Positions 11,701 to 22,109 of a stretch of DNA of 64,000 nt are shown here, piece after piece; position 1 is the stretch's first letter; each line of letters starts with the position of its first letter. Source of the DNA: Rhodosorus marinus CCMP1338 (Eukaryota > Plantae > Rhodophyta); assembly GCA_029953675.1 (NCBI GenBank), contig JAMWBK010000008.1:2046001-2110000 (forward strand), in the 5' to 3' direction. The notes beneath the pieces were generated by a model, which searched no databases, was not told where the DNA came from, and saw only the letters and a list, made by a program, of their open reading frames with translations. The position numbers and the translations under genes were made by a program.

Positions 11701-11833
11701 TGCTGAGCATCCTACTGAATATTTGGCGCTCTTGAGGCGTTTAAGTGTCTCCCTTTGGCGATATTCCAGCGACATGCTTTCCGAGGCGCGCCATCGGCGC
11801 CTGGGGTTGCATGCTTCCCTCCCTAGTTATTAA
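8777..11833 (+). CDS. Non-LTR retrotransposon ORF2: reverse transcriptase + CCHC zinc knuckle + restriction-like endonuclease (CRE-clade-like)
   Basis: RT motifs RPIG, LQVGVG, VDFQNAFNSVSR, GVQQGDPCGP, AYHDD; CRE-type QIALPLRLRGFG; C-x2-C-x8-H-x4-C (CQGC...HFLGSC); RRH; IADLLV...YVDLAIT...KERRY; FIVESFG. Confidence 0.96.
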   Translation: MDLQFYVLKEGGDWGIWRTRFRSWLRRWISLEGGSLPLRGGIPPVVLPRGDLLVAGTILDFIFTSLARNIRDTVIWVFLGVMPRLFLAPIHTSERRWRVRDRLALFLKGDFEVLQRSYLASSAPSARRLGMAQCRVQKLVAVGDLSRAARVLEGQAPVLPYDDSLAQTVSSLFPESDVDLAPEFEVFLDRPELARFRIDLTLSESDLEDLLRTSRQGRCPGPSGLRTELLQALSQPGKSALLRILNKLFQGVSRASAPWEHLRQAQLCLLTKPDHQPAHPRLRPIGMVESLRKLAGRWLCQRLRQRVTAFMPPLQVGVGFSGGCELITHGIELERASRPEWGVLVVDFQNAFNSVSRTHALEVLRRVFPEAWPFLSGIYGGESLPYLTTEGTVFQAHTGVQQGDPCGPLLHACALQLVLLRLSTEVSDLRICAYHDDVTFLGTPDTLARGLTAIEAIARRVGLTVETEKCRFLPPRDVSLTSLPPTLRLISEREGFEHHGVGLGTDNFVQASCERVLARHKQLTDPIEHLPDSMLQSACLLSRFCAGPRLNYWLRSLPPAWGSGIAAKADEMTLQHWGTLLDEPLDLEAAPDRDFVRAQIALPLRLRGFGVADRGLVCSPAAVASWATALRTLVTFQMRSACLLARALTNEDPVTLPPPLLTIYDGLQHAFRRCNAVPDANRSRFRSWRELLWGRAEAIEDCPLDRVLTDDGEASPGSPVADYPGLSRLWSSRTDVIQHSLTWGQHSAAHTVMLNSPLTPPTTAARLRGMGGHLSHLWLTTLPSSLSHRLDAFQFRSAARIYLGLPQAPWHSNRPSFCQGCESRIDAFGYHFLGSCGLLRGLRTRRHTRLKYILSEYLTRIGHTVEVESELPRSISDSAPPRCIADLLVSDAAARRSTYVDLAITCPVASAHLTAAARRRGAAASALRRVKERRYAESMASLPCAEGRSHRFQPFIVESFGHVDKSGLEWLRKRFAEHPTEYLALLRRLSVSLWRYSSDMLSEARHRRLGLHASLPSY

Positions 11834-11871
11834 TTCATCTTCACGCCTTGCGTAGCGCTTCAGGCTATGCT

Positions 11872-12190
11872 AGTAAAGTCCAGTAAAGTCCAGTCCAGTA
11901 AAGTCCAGTAAAGTCAAGTAAAGTCCAGTCCAATAAAGGCATTAAAGCCCAGAAAAGCCCATAAAAGCCCAGTAATGCCAGTAATGCCCAGAAAAGGCCA
12001 GAAAAGCCCAGTACAGCCCAGTAAAGCCAGTAATGCCCAGAAAAATCCAGAAAAGTCCAGGAAGCCGAGGAATGCCAGTAAAGCCCAGTAAAGCCAGTAA
12101 AGCCAGTAAAAGCCAGTAAAGCCTAGTAAAGCCGATAACGCCCAGTAAAGCCAGTAACGCCCAGTAAAGTCTGGGTTTAGTAAAGCTAAG
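11872..12190 (+). repeat. Degenerate 9-10 bp tandem array (AGTAAAGTCC / AGTAAAGCC(C)), 3' tail of copy B
   Basis: Near-perfect AGTAAAGTCC units at the start, grading into variants (AGAAAAGCCC, AGTAATGCC, AATAAAGGC). Confidence 0.92.
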
Positions 12191-12435
12191 AAGACCCCAT
12201 AGCCGGGTAGAAGACTACTTTCTATAGGGGACAGCGCTTTAAGCAAATGCCTGAAATATGAGATGAATGACTTCCCCTCGCCCGTATGCTGGGCATCGAC
12301 TTCACACGCGATCTTCACCGTCGCATATACACACTACCTGTCCTTTGACGACGTCTAGGACGGCAAGCATCTGGGCAAGCAATACGTACATTTTCCAAGA
12401 GTGTCAATTAGAGGGAGAAGCGTTTGATGTAAGAG

Positions 12436-13797
12436 CTATCGAACTTGTCGCCTTACCAGTCCCTCTCCAGCTGGGCCACACTCCGATCCGATCATCTCTA
12501 TTTCAGCTTCAAAGATACAACGGTTGGGGAGGCGTGCCAAACTAAAGTCGAACTGCCCCTCGTTTAGGCCTTGCGTTTGATTGGGTTCCAGGGTTACCCA
12601 TTCTCCTAGCGTGTTCCCCAGATATGCAGGAATGCAATACCCGCAAATAACGCTGCCGATCCGTCCAACAACTCCCTCGGACGGAAGTTCTCCATAAAGG
12701 GAACTCACTGCCGACTTTCCAACATTCAGTGGGCCTGTAGCCGCGAACATCAGGGCGGGACTGCTCCTAAAGCTAACAAATTGTATTAGATTTCGCTGGA
12801 TCTCGAGGGAGGCCCTCACCGAGTACCTGATGTCAACCACTTCAGGATTTACGAACTCGACAGCAAAAGCGACTGAAGACGGCAACCCAGAGAGTTCTGG
12901 AACCGAAAACGTTGCAAACAAGCTTGAGCTCGAGTCCTCAATTAGCAAAGACGATGCTGGCCGACGGATAACCGTTTTTGCTTCCGCAGGCATGGGTGCC
13001 TCCGTAGATGTAGGTATCCCTTCGTAAACCGTCAGTTCGAGCTGGGACGGCAGGATCTCCTGTGCGCCCCGTAGAGGCGAAGCCACAAGTTGAACGGTTC
13101 CTCCATCAATGTCGATGCGGTTGATGCCGACATACAGCGGTTCCTCGCCGAGTTCTTTGCACGACAACTCGAGTCCGCATGTCAAGAACTCAGCATCCTC
13201 CCCGGCGCTGGGGTCGCATGCACTGATGGGTGAGGTGTCGGGGCAGCTTATTGTCGATGATGCTGGTGGGGAATCCGAGGCCTGTAATCTCACTGGTGTT
13301 GGGCTACGGTTCCCAACCAGGCTAGCAGTACGCACTTTGCCGTCCTCCATTCGAACCTTCGCTTCCCCCACGAGCAACAGGTTTCCACCTCCTCCGCTGC
13401 AGCAGTCACGCTCTGTCTGAATATCATCCAGGCATGCGTCTACTCTCACAGTGGTCGGCTCACTATCCAGAAACTTCCTCTTACGAGTGAACCGAGCGTT
13501 ATCGCTAGGAATATCTCGAAGCCATAGTCCAACTTTAGCTCGTCTAATCCCAAGTCCATCTCGGACGACAAAAGTGAACCTGAAACACTTCTCTCCTTTG
13601 TTAGGTCCCTGCGTCTTCACGACATCGCTACTGTTTACGAATCCCACCGCTGTACCGTCAACTTCAAGCCCATAGCACCCATGAGAAGCCGTGAATGAAG
13701 AAACAAGGGGATTAAAATAGTCGGCGCATGTGCTAGCCTCCCCGACGGTCAAGCCGACAATCCCGGCGACCAGGATTACTACCAACCCGTACTTCAT
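12436..13797 (-). CDS. Intronless secreted protein of unknown function, 453 aa
   Basis: ATG at 13797, hydrophobic signal-like N-terminus MKYGLVVILVAGIVGLTVGEAS, TAG stop. The Cys-containing N-terminal domain resembles those at 19369-20073 and 46200-46765. Confidence 0.85.
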   Translation of the reverse strand: MKYGLVVILVAGIVGLTVGEASTCADYFNPLVSSFTASHGCYGLEVDGTAVGFVNSSDVVKTQGPNKGEKCFRFTFVVRDGLGIRRAKVGLWLRDIPSDNARFTRKRKFLDSEPTTVRVDACLDDIQTERDCCSGGGGNLLLVGEAKVRMEDGKVRTASLVGNRSPTPVRLQASDSPPASSTISCPDTSPISACDPSAGEDAEFLTCGLELSCKELGEEPLYVGINRIDIDGGTVQLVASPLRGAQEILPSQLELTVYEGIPTSTEAPMPAEAKTVIRRPASSLLIEDSSSSLFATFSVPELSGLPSSVAFAVEFVNPEVVDIRYSVRASLEIQRNLIQFVSFRSSPALMFAATGPLNVGKSAVSSLYGELPSEGVVGRIGSVICGYCIPAYLGNTLGEWVTLEPNQTQGLNEGQFDFSLARLPNRCIFEAEIEMIGSECGPAGEGLVRRQVR

Positions 13798-14646
13798 GAA
13801 TATTCGTTCAACTAGGTCACCGAGTAATGAAGCTGCTCGCGTCTACACGCTACCTCGTACGTCCCCCACTGGCCACTGGCCTGACTCGGATTGTTACTTA
13901 ACAGTCATGTTTATATGCTCTTCAGCCTGGGCGTACTGAGGCCGTTGGCGAGTGTCAGATCAGCTCTGACAATCGGGTTTGTGCGTTAACCGACGACGAT
14001 CCATGTAGTGTTGAAGGCTTGATTGGGAACCGCTGATAAGAGAACGCAGTAGCAAGAAACAATTCATGGTTGCGCGACACTCTCCCATCTCCCAACGGCT
14101 TTTTTCTTTTTGATTGGATCGATAAGGAGTCAGGGGAGCAGACTTCCAAAGCTTCCAGAACGGTTTTTTTTCAGGCACAGTTTCACCTGGCTGATGTTGG
14201 AATTCTGGCTCTGGCATTGAATGTAGGTTACTTTTGAGTTTGACAGCCTGTCATTCTTAATTATTCCTTATGGCCGACAGATGCGATGAACCGTCGATTG
14301 GCGGCAAGTGGATACGATATTATGTCGAAAACCCAAGTGAATGAATGAATGGTTTAATAGTGACAGGGGAGTGAAGCAGAGAAGGGAGTATGAAGGACTT
14401 GCAGTAAAGGTAAAGGATGAAATTCTTGAGACGGATGAGTTCTTAAGTGGATTGTATCTATTGCTTATTGGTGTGAGCTTCACCGTCGAATCGTATAGAA
14501 CGATTAGCGGGAAGGAGTTTCACGAAAGCGGAATTGTTTATGTCGAACGCTCTCTCTCCAGCGATTTTGGAACGTCAAGTTGCATCAGATATTGCGTGTA
14601 GGATTCCATGAGCTCTTATATATTTTTCATTCCCGGGTGGGCCCTG

Positions 14647-15430
14647 CTCTCAGTGGCTCATGACCGTACCAGCCTTTCCGCCACTCACACTGTCGGATTT
14701 CGAAGTGCGTACTTCACTGCGCTTATACCTCGGCTTACATCAGCCCCCTTGGCCGTACGAGATGGGTTCGTCGTGCCCTCTCTGCTCTCAGACTGAAGAC
14801 AACGCAGATTTTGGCGCCCACCTGCTCGCTAGTTGCCCGGCGGTGAAAGGTGCTCGAACCCGCCGCCACACACGGATCTTGAACCTGTTATACCGGGAAC
14901 TTCGGCCTATAGTCCGGCAAGCCGGTCTGGAAATCGAACGTGAGAAACCTTTACCCGTCGCGGACTTTCAAAATGATGAACGCCGTGTAGCCGACCTGGT
15001 GATCACCTGTGACGACAGCCGCCGTACCACATACGTTGATCTTGCTGTTCCTAACCCTCAAGCTAGTCGTTATCTCCCGGCTGCGGGGGAGCGCCGTGGA
15101 TCTGCCGCCACCAGCATGAGACGCCGCAAAGAGATCAAATACGCGGGGGCTTTGTCTTCCCCTGGTGTTCGTGCTTCGGCATTAGCACATCGCTTGGTAC
15201 CCCTGATCATTGAGTGCTTTGGGTTCATGGACTCTGTTGGTTCTCGCTGGCTTCGGGAGTTGCTCCGCGAACGCCCTGACCGTCTTCAATCGTTGTTTAC
15301 CCGCTTAAGTTTCCTGCTGTGGCGCATGAATGCCGCTTTGATGTTGGAGGCGCGAGTACTTCGCCGCGCTTAGTCTTTTTTTCCCCTCGGGGTTTTTTTT
15401 TCAGCCTCCGATTAAACCATTCATTCGTTC
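14647..15430 (+). mobile_element. 5'-truncated F3 CRE-like element (CCHC + RLE), ATTC tail
   Basis: ORF 14660-15373: CPLC...HLLASC, RTRRH, VADLVIT...YVDLAVP...KEIKY, LIIECFG. Ends ccgattaaaccattcattcgttcg. Confidence 0.9.
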
Positions 15431-15436
15431 GATAAG

Positions 15437-16125
15437 AGCATGGTCGGTCTTCCCTGGGTAGAGGGGCCATTCTCATCGGTTCCAGCCTTCATTGTGGACA
15501 GTCTCCGGCGTATGGATCAATTCAAGATTGGAGTGGCTGCGAAAATGTTTGCTGACCATCCGGTTGAATATCTGGGATTCCTACGCCGTTTTTTAGTGTC
15601 GCTCTCTGGCGATTTTGTAACGGCATGCTCGCCGAGGCGAGCCATCGCCGCCTGGGTTTGCCCGCTTTTCTCACTAATTTCTATTCCCCTTTCACACTGC
15701 GCAGTGCTTCAATAAAAACCAACCGAGAAACTATTGTTAATTCATCAGAATCCTATACCTGGTCTACTTAGGATACGGTCGTCAGTTCAGTCAGCGACGT
15801 ACAGCAGCTGCAGCCCACAGGCGAAGAGCGGCAGAGGGGAGATAGGTACTTGACACCGCGCATGTGACAGCGAGATCCAGATATGCTGAGCGCACTGGCG
15901 AACGGGTCCGATGCCAGGAGATCTGTGATACATCTGGGCGGCGTGGTGGCCGAGGCTATTCTAGTAGAACGACCACCCCTTTTGAACATTTTCAGGAAAG
16001 AGGTTTCTTGATGTGGCGTATGAACACTGTTTTGATGTTGGCGGCCCGCCATCTTCGCCGTGCTTAGTCTTTCTTTCCCTTACAGGGTTTTTTTCTTTCA
16101 ACACCGAACTAAACAAAATTCATTC
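15437..16125 (+). pseudogene. Two decayed retroelement 3' ends (F2-like 15437-15680; F3-like 15830-16125)
   Basis: Degenerate matches to the ORF2 C-terminus and to the F3 terminus (gcttagtctttc...aaattcattc). Confidence 0.65.
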
Positions 16126-16327
16126 AGGAAAGAAACTATTGTCGGTTTCTTCAAGGGTTTTGTCTCGAGCTCCCACGCTGCAAAATATTTTTCTGTGGCT
16201 GCTTACGAACATAGCGTTGGCGCTATGCACAGGGCAGAAAGTGAACTAGGTACTGGGGACAAAAAAAGTGGTCAAGCTTGGCTAAGGCTGTTCTAAGAAG
16301 GTACATGCGCCCACTTTCACAGCCACA

Positions 16328-19300
16328 CTACCTCCGAGATTCTTCACTGCAGAAGCAGACACCTTCCGACCCTTCCACCAAAGCGTACTCCTGACCGAGT
16401 GGAAGGAAATGGGGACGAAGGACAGCATGTTAGTAGAAAACAAATTGCTGACGAGAATCTTCTCATTTCTCTTCTCAGACTGAATTTTGACCAGTTTGAG
16501 CGAAGCTTAGCTCCAAGATGGAAGCACTTACGCCTATGCCTGTAACCGTCCGACATTTCCCACCCACGTTGACCGTTTCCGCAAAATCGCACTTGCCAAT
16601 GTCAGACCTCGTGTTGGTTTGACAATTATCGAGCAGCACGCAAGCCCTATCTCCAACATAGCAAATGCACTTTGATGTGTCCTCAGGATCCTCCATGACA
16701 ACCTGAAGGTGACAGGGAATTGGTGCTGATTAGCAGGTGACCTCCAACCCACTGGAGGAAAGAACGATAACTTTCGCGGTCTGTGATTTTCTGCGGAAAT
16801 TGTGAAGTTTTGAATGCAGTTTCCCGTACACCTTGTTGTCCAGCGTTGTGGCAAGTATCGCCAATGTTGCCGTTGGTAGTTGTCCAGGCCCGGTTCCATC
16901 CGGAAAGGGACTCTATGTACGAGTAGCTGCACGTCCTCGCGGAACATTGGCACTGACCATCAAAATCATCGGAAATTGAGACTGGTTGGAGAACCTGAAC
17001 GGGTTCAGAGACGAGTAGGTACGGTATGAACTGTTCAGCAACAAAAAAAAAGAAGAAGTGATGAATCTTCCGAAGCAGCAGAAATGATGATCGTCATACT
17101 CCACTTCTGTCGTCGCGGGTACATCGATCTCCGATTCTAGCGACTGTACCGAACGTTGGCGTACAATCACCTGATGAGCAGTCCCAATTTTGACATTCCT
17201 GGAAGCACCTGCAGTCGCCCCTTGCGTCAACGCCAATGATCTAGTGCGAAGATATCCGGCCACAAACGTCACTAAAGTAAAATAGAACAACTTGGCTTTT
17301 CTGCAACCTAAAACGCGCCCGTCGCTCAAACTTACCCCACTGTTATCATCGCATGGGTCATCTGATACGCCCGTAAATTCTTCACATCTACTTCCTTCAC
17401 AACTCGAGCGAGTACACGTGTCGAGCAAACACTCCCCGTAGTAAAACAAGGCATTGGTGACCCTCACCGACTATTTCAGAGAAAATTACAATCCACAAGA
17501 CACCGCAAAGAATAGCTCAGGAAGATTGTTTCTTGGGACGGCCACAGGAATGCAGTACTGCTTATGATTCGCGATCTTTGTTTTCTGCTAAGCGCTTGGT
17601 TCTTACCCCATAGGCCAGCCCTTGAAAGCATTGGCCTGGCTCGCTCAATGATTGTGAGTAGTACCTTCCTAGAAGTTTAGTGATGACTATGCAATTTGTA
17701 CAAATACAAGAATTCTGCCACTCCGCGTTCACTAGGTGCTAGATCGGTGAAGACGGAAAGGGGTTAGGACAGGACACCTACAGGATTGCAATACCACGGT
17801 TTTTTCTGGCGCGAAAGTAACAGCCTTACATAATAACTTTCCCAGCAGCTCGAGCCGATGTCGACACAACCTGCATCAGGGTGATAACACTGTGTTTCGG
17901 ATAAACATTTTCCAGTACCCGTGTCAGTCGAAGAACAGTAGCATCCCCAATTCTCGTCTAGGCTTTGAAGCAGCACCTGCACGTTAAGTCATAGCATAAC
18001 ATAAGTCTATCACTGATAATATCCTTGCGGAAGAGGAGAAACCCCAACTTCTTCGAGCAAGCAAGCGATCATCATTTTGCTCACCCCCGAACCGTTATCA
18101 CAGGAATCGCCCGGCATAGCACCCGCATAACTGCAGTTCTCACCCTCTGGGCAGTAACAGGGGATTAAGGCGGTTATCGCGCACGTATTCCCTTTTTCAT
18201 CCGTCGGAACAAGCACCTGAAGAGATCCAAAAAAAAGAGGTGTGCCTGAAGAAAAATTAACTCCGAGCGTACTGCAGAGCTGCGTAGTTTAGTTGGCAAC
18301 GTACGCCCCGGCCTCCATAGCTAGAGGTGTGCATTGAGTAAGGCCTTCCCATATTATCAGAAATCGTCAGATCTGGCTTGATGATGCTGTAACTGCATAC
18401 TCGATTGATGTCTACCAGCGGCTTGCACAGGCAGATGCCTGCACTTTTCTCCCTCAGCACCTGTGGAGCAATCGAACGAGCGAAGGAAATAAATGGCAAA
18501 CTTAGAGAAACTGAAATCTGCTGGAGAATGATTGCTGCACGCCGATGCTAGCAATCAGTTAGTCCAAATAAATTGAAGCTTCACCACTAGAGGCCCCTTG
18601 GGGTGATAGGTGGATGTAACACGTACCCCAGGCACAGGGTTGGAAACACCCACGACGGTTACATCACATGCCATTCCACCGTAGCCCTTCTGCACGTTCA
18701 AGGGCTGGTTCACGGGATCAGGAAAGTACTCACAAGGAGCCGTACAAGAACATTCCACCTGTGGTAAGAAAAGAAATCCGAGAGGTTGGCTTTTTGTTAC
18801 CAGAACGTGATCTAGTTCTGGTGGTTGCTTCACTTACGCCATCGGCGTAGTATCCTCCATCCGGTAGTTCAATAGCAGACTGTTATATTCCGAAAGACAT
18901 GAAGGGCGGTCAAGGAGTGGTCAGGTTGGTGCTAATGGTATTTTGATAGTGAATGTTGCATATGTCATGATTTCTGGCACATACCCCAGGAGATCCCGCT
19001 GCGCTCATGCAGGTATTTCCAGCTCGTGTGTTGAAGTTTCCAGTGGCATCAGAGCTCTCGCATTTCACTCCGCTACCAACCTGGCAGATACACATAGTAG
19101 CTTCGTGCGCGACTCGTTCAACAGTTCCATTGTCCCCACATTCGTTTCCTGGATAAATCTCCTCATCGCAGCCTGGTTGTCCTTCTGAACCACATTCGTT
19201 GAAAACGCATGTCGTAGGTTTTTCCAACGGTTCGCATACACAATCAGCAGTAAACACAGGGCCCTTTTGGTAAGTCTGGACATTGTTTTGAAAGAATTGA

Positions 19301-20073
19301 AGACAGTAAGAACGATAAACCCATTCGTTCTAAACGTGCAAGTGCTTTTTTGTGTATAGAAGCCTCACTCCTTCATCCCCAAAGTGATTGCATGGTCTGT
19401 TGACCCTCTGCTGCACAAGACTGCAGTCGATAGGTCCGACCAAGCCCTGGGTGTCTGGACATTCTGTCCTAATGCAAGTATCCTTGGCGTCACAGTCAAC
19501 GTCCAGTTCACAAATTCGTACGGAACTGGAGCTTCGCTTTGCACAGGAACCGCCCGAGAAGTCTTCAGTAGCGGGGTAGGTGAACAGGTAACGTGGGAAC
19601 GTATTCGAATCGCGCCTTGGTCTAATCCAAGCTCTCCAAATGACCACGATGCCGTTCTCACAACAATCGTTCGTTGCGTTTTTTAGATTCATTTGCACAG
19701 TCCATTTTTGCTTCAGTTCTTTGAATGTTTTTGAATTGTACGCGTCTCGTGGGGAGGATGGAACCGCAGATTCCGAGCTATAGATCCCATAGCCGGCCCC
19801 TTTCATGAGGTAATCCTTTTGATCCATTTTAAACTTCATCAGCAGTTTGTTGTTGGTAAGGCCCAGACACACGGTTCCGAACTCCAGCGGGAACTCGCTA
19901 AGATCATAACCGTGAGAAAAGTTCGGCCTAGTCAACGGTCTGCACACTTCGCCTTCCACTCCCAACCACGGGTCATCCACCTTCAGCAAGACATCGCGAC
20001 ACGATTGGGCGGCGAAACAGGATGCGATTAAAATCATCACCTGAGCCACCCAAGAAATTGTCACCCTCACCAT
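16328..20073 (-). CDS. 13-exon secreted protein of about 803 aa: N-terminal domain plus about 11 Cys-rich modules
   Basis: Hand-built model, exons on minus strand: 20073-19369, 19275-18985, 18879-18838, 18758-18627, 18460-18305, 18216-18085, 17976-17830, 17738-17607, 17470-17336, 17240-17100, 16994-16830, 16702-16532, 16390-16328. All introns are GT-AG, 79-166 bp, phase 0. The spliced frame has no internal stop. Signal-like N-terminus MVRVTISWVAQVMILIASCFA. Individual acceptors (e.g. 16994, intron 4) are less certain. Confidence 0.82.
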
Positions 20074-20539
20074 GTTCGTGGAACCTCACAAACGGCTCCT
20101 CTGCGAGAAACAACCCCGTTTTCAATCAAAAAACGTCGTTCAAGACCAGTCTAACACATTTAAAACTAAAAACAGACGTAATCCTCAAAAATTCGTTGAA
20201 GATTTCTGTAGAGAAGTTGCGTCAACGTCAGATACGAAAAGATAAGACTCATATTTATCCTGTCACCACACACCATGCTCTCAAGCCTCGAGGCACAGTC
20301 CTTGGTAATCTACTTTGTCCCCAGCGCAAAAATCAGACCGTACAACATCACCAACACGAGATGGGCTTATTGAACTTCTTTGGCCAGTACGGTCGTTGGC
20401 TGACACTATTCTGAACTCCATATCTCGTTAAGAGTCTTTCAGGATTCTTAAACAAGGCCGGGACAAACGTGGTTTTGATGGTTCAGGGGCCCGGTTTTCC
20501 TCCACAGTGGTCCTTTTTGAGCCGCCCCGACCGGTTCTC

Positions 20540-21580
20540 CTTGTTGTTAACCCGTTTGAAGTTCTCCTGTGCGGTATGGACGCTTTGATGTTGGATGTGC
20601 GTGATTTTCGGTCTCCAGTAGTTTTTTAGCCCCTCGTGGGGTTTTCGGGTCTCCAAATAAACAACCTTAACAACGTATTTGTCTTACTCTTTCACGATTC
20701 TCGACCAAATCAAACAAACGTGGCTCTTGGATGATTCTGGAGACTCGTGCTTTTTCACCTGTCCTATTTTATTCCCCTCCGCCTTCTTTTTTTTGTCTCT
20801 GAATGAAGATGTTCCATTCTCAGCGTTGTGCGGCGCGGATGGGCAACGTGTAAACGTAGCGCCCGCCTGCTTCCCCCCTCGCCCGTCGCCTATAGTAGCG
20901 GTGTGACCGGGTTGACTCTTTCATTGGATTGGGGCCCAGGATCAGCTTACAGAACTCCGAAAGCAGCGCATTGCTTATAATCGAATGAATTCGTTTAATC
21001 GGAGGCTGAAAGAAAAAAACCCCGAGGGGAAAAAAAAGACTAAGCGCGGTGAAGATCACGCGCCTCCAGCATCAAAGCAGCTTTCATACGCCACAGCGAG
21101 AAACTTTAACAAGTAAACAACGACGACAGACGGTCAGGGCGTTCGTGGAACAATTCCCGAAGCCAACGAGAACCAGCGGAATCCATAAACCCAAACACTC
21201 AATGACCAGAGGTACCAGACTTTGAGCTAGAGCCGAAGCACCAATGCCTTGCGAAGGCGAGGCCCCCGCGTATTTCAAATCTTTGCGACGTCTCATATTG
21301 GTAGCGGCAAATCCACGGCGCTCGCCCGCGGTTTATTACTAAACAGCGGAGGGAAGAAACCCAATTTCGGATTGCACAAGAGAAGGACTGTCTGGTCAGA
21401 AACTGTCGTGAACTACTGAACATGTAAATCCATCACTCTACACTCCCGCGCCTTCTATGGTGGTTTTATTAGCATAGCCTGCTGCAGGGTGTAAAATGGA
21501 ACTAGGAACTAGGGAGAAAAGCGTACAATCCCAGCCTCGGTGGCGCGCGCCTTAGCGAGCACGCTGCTAGAATATCGCCT
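20540..21580. pseudogene. Cluster of decayed F3 3' ends (+ at about 20540-20680; - at about 20975-21320) and an F2 3' end (- at about 21460-21580)
   Basis: Recognisable termini: gtttaatcggaggctgaaagaaaaaaaccccgaggg at about 20994 and ttttattagcatagcc at about 21464. ORF 21084-21296 resembles the F3 C-terminus. Confidence 0.7.
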
Positions 21581-21815
21581 TCCGTAGTCTTGTTTTCCCC
21601 TCAGTTTTTCTTTTTCCAGTGTCCGAATAAGCACGTTCATTCATACAATCAAATCTGCCTTTACAAACAATTCTGTCCCCCCCCGCCCCCCGACCCGGGG
21701 TCCGTTTGTCAGCTAATCAGACAGGAGCGGTCTGAATATCTGAATCTTTCTGGAGCCTCCATAACGTACCACAAAGCACCTAGTACACATCGCTCCTTGG
21801 CGATAAGCTAGCACC

Positions 21816-21877
21816 ATGCTCCTGCCACGGCGAGCACGGCTACGGCGAGCTCGGCGTGCTCGCCGTGTCAGGAGCAT
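21816..21877. repeat. GC-rich hairpin with 23-bp arms (1 mismatch) and 16-nt loop
   Basis: atgctcctgccacggcgagcacg (21816-21838) versus cgtgctcgccgtgtcaggagcat (21855-21877). Confidence 0.85.
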
Positions 21878-22109
21878 ACGCAGGCCCAGGCGGCGGCGCC
21901 TTAATAAAGCCCCCTAGTTCCGTTTCCGCCCTGGGTGTAAGCGCTTGAGTGAATTTGTTTAAGTTAGTACGCCACTAGTAAGCTGCTCAAACAAGCCCTC
22001 TCATGGAAAACAAAATAAAATCTGAGTGTTCATCAAACAAGAGAAACTATTGAGTTCCTTGATGGAAACGCTTGCTTCTTTGCTAAATATAGAAACCGTG
22101 ATTGTACAA

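Larger units (their letters stand above)
7079..11871 (+). mobile_element. Full-length F1 CRE-like retrotransposon, copy B (both ORFs intact)
   Basis: About 250-bp 5' leader, ORF1, 31-bp spacer, 1018-aa ORF2, short 3' UTR ending caggctatgct, then tandem tail. The 5' boundary is approximate. Confidence 0.95.

Noticed and set aside
8777-11833. Possibility that the YHDD RT is a retron, DGR, group II intron, telomerase or Penelope RT
   Set aside because: The C-terminal CCHC + RLE, 5' truncations, TSDs and tandem tails identify a TPRT non-LTR element; no GIY-YIG domain.
11914-12318. 134-aa hydrophobic ORF (YWLYWALL repeats) that looks like a membrane protein
   Set aside because: It is the translation of the tandem tail array; the same artefact occurs at 60037-60333.
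13960-14217. 85-aa ATG-initiated ORF
   Set aside because: No recognisable motif or supporting evidence; it may be a small gene but cannot be supported.
17764-17829. Apparent stop ending the Cys-rich gene at 17764
   Set aside because: A GTAAGG donor at 17829 and an in-frame 132-nt exon at 17738-17607 indicate this stretch is intronic and the gene continues.
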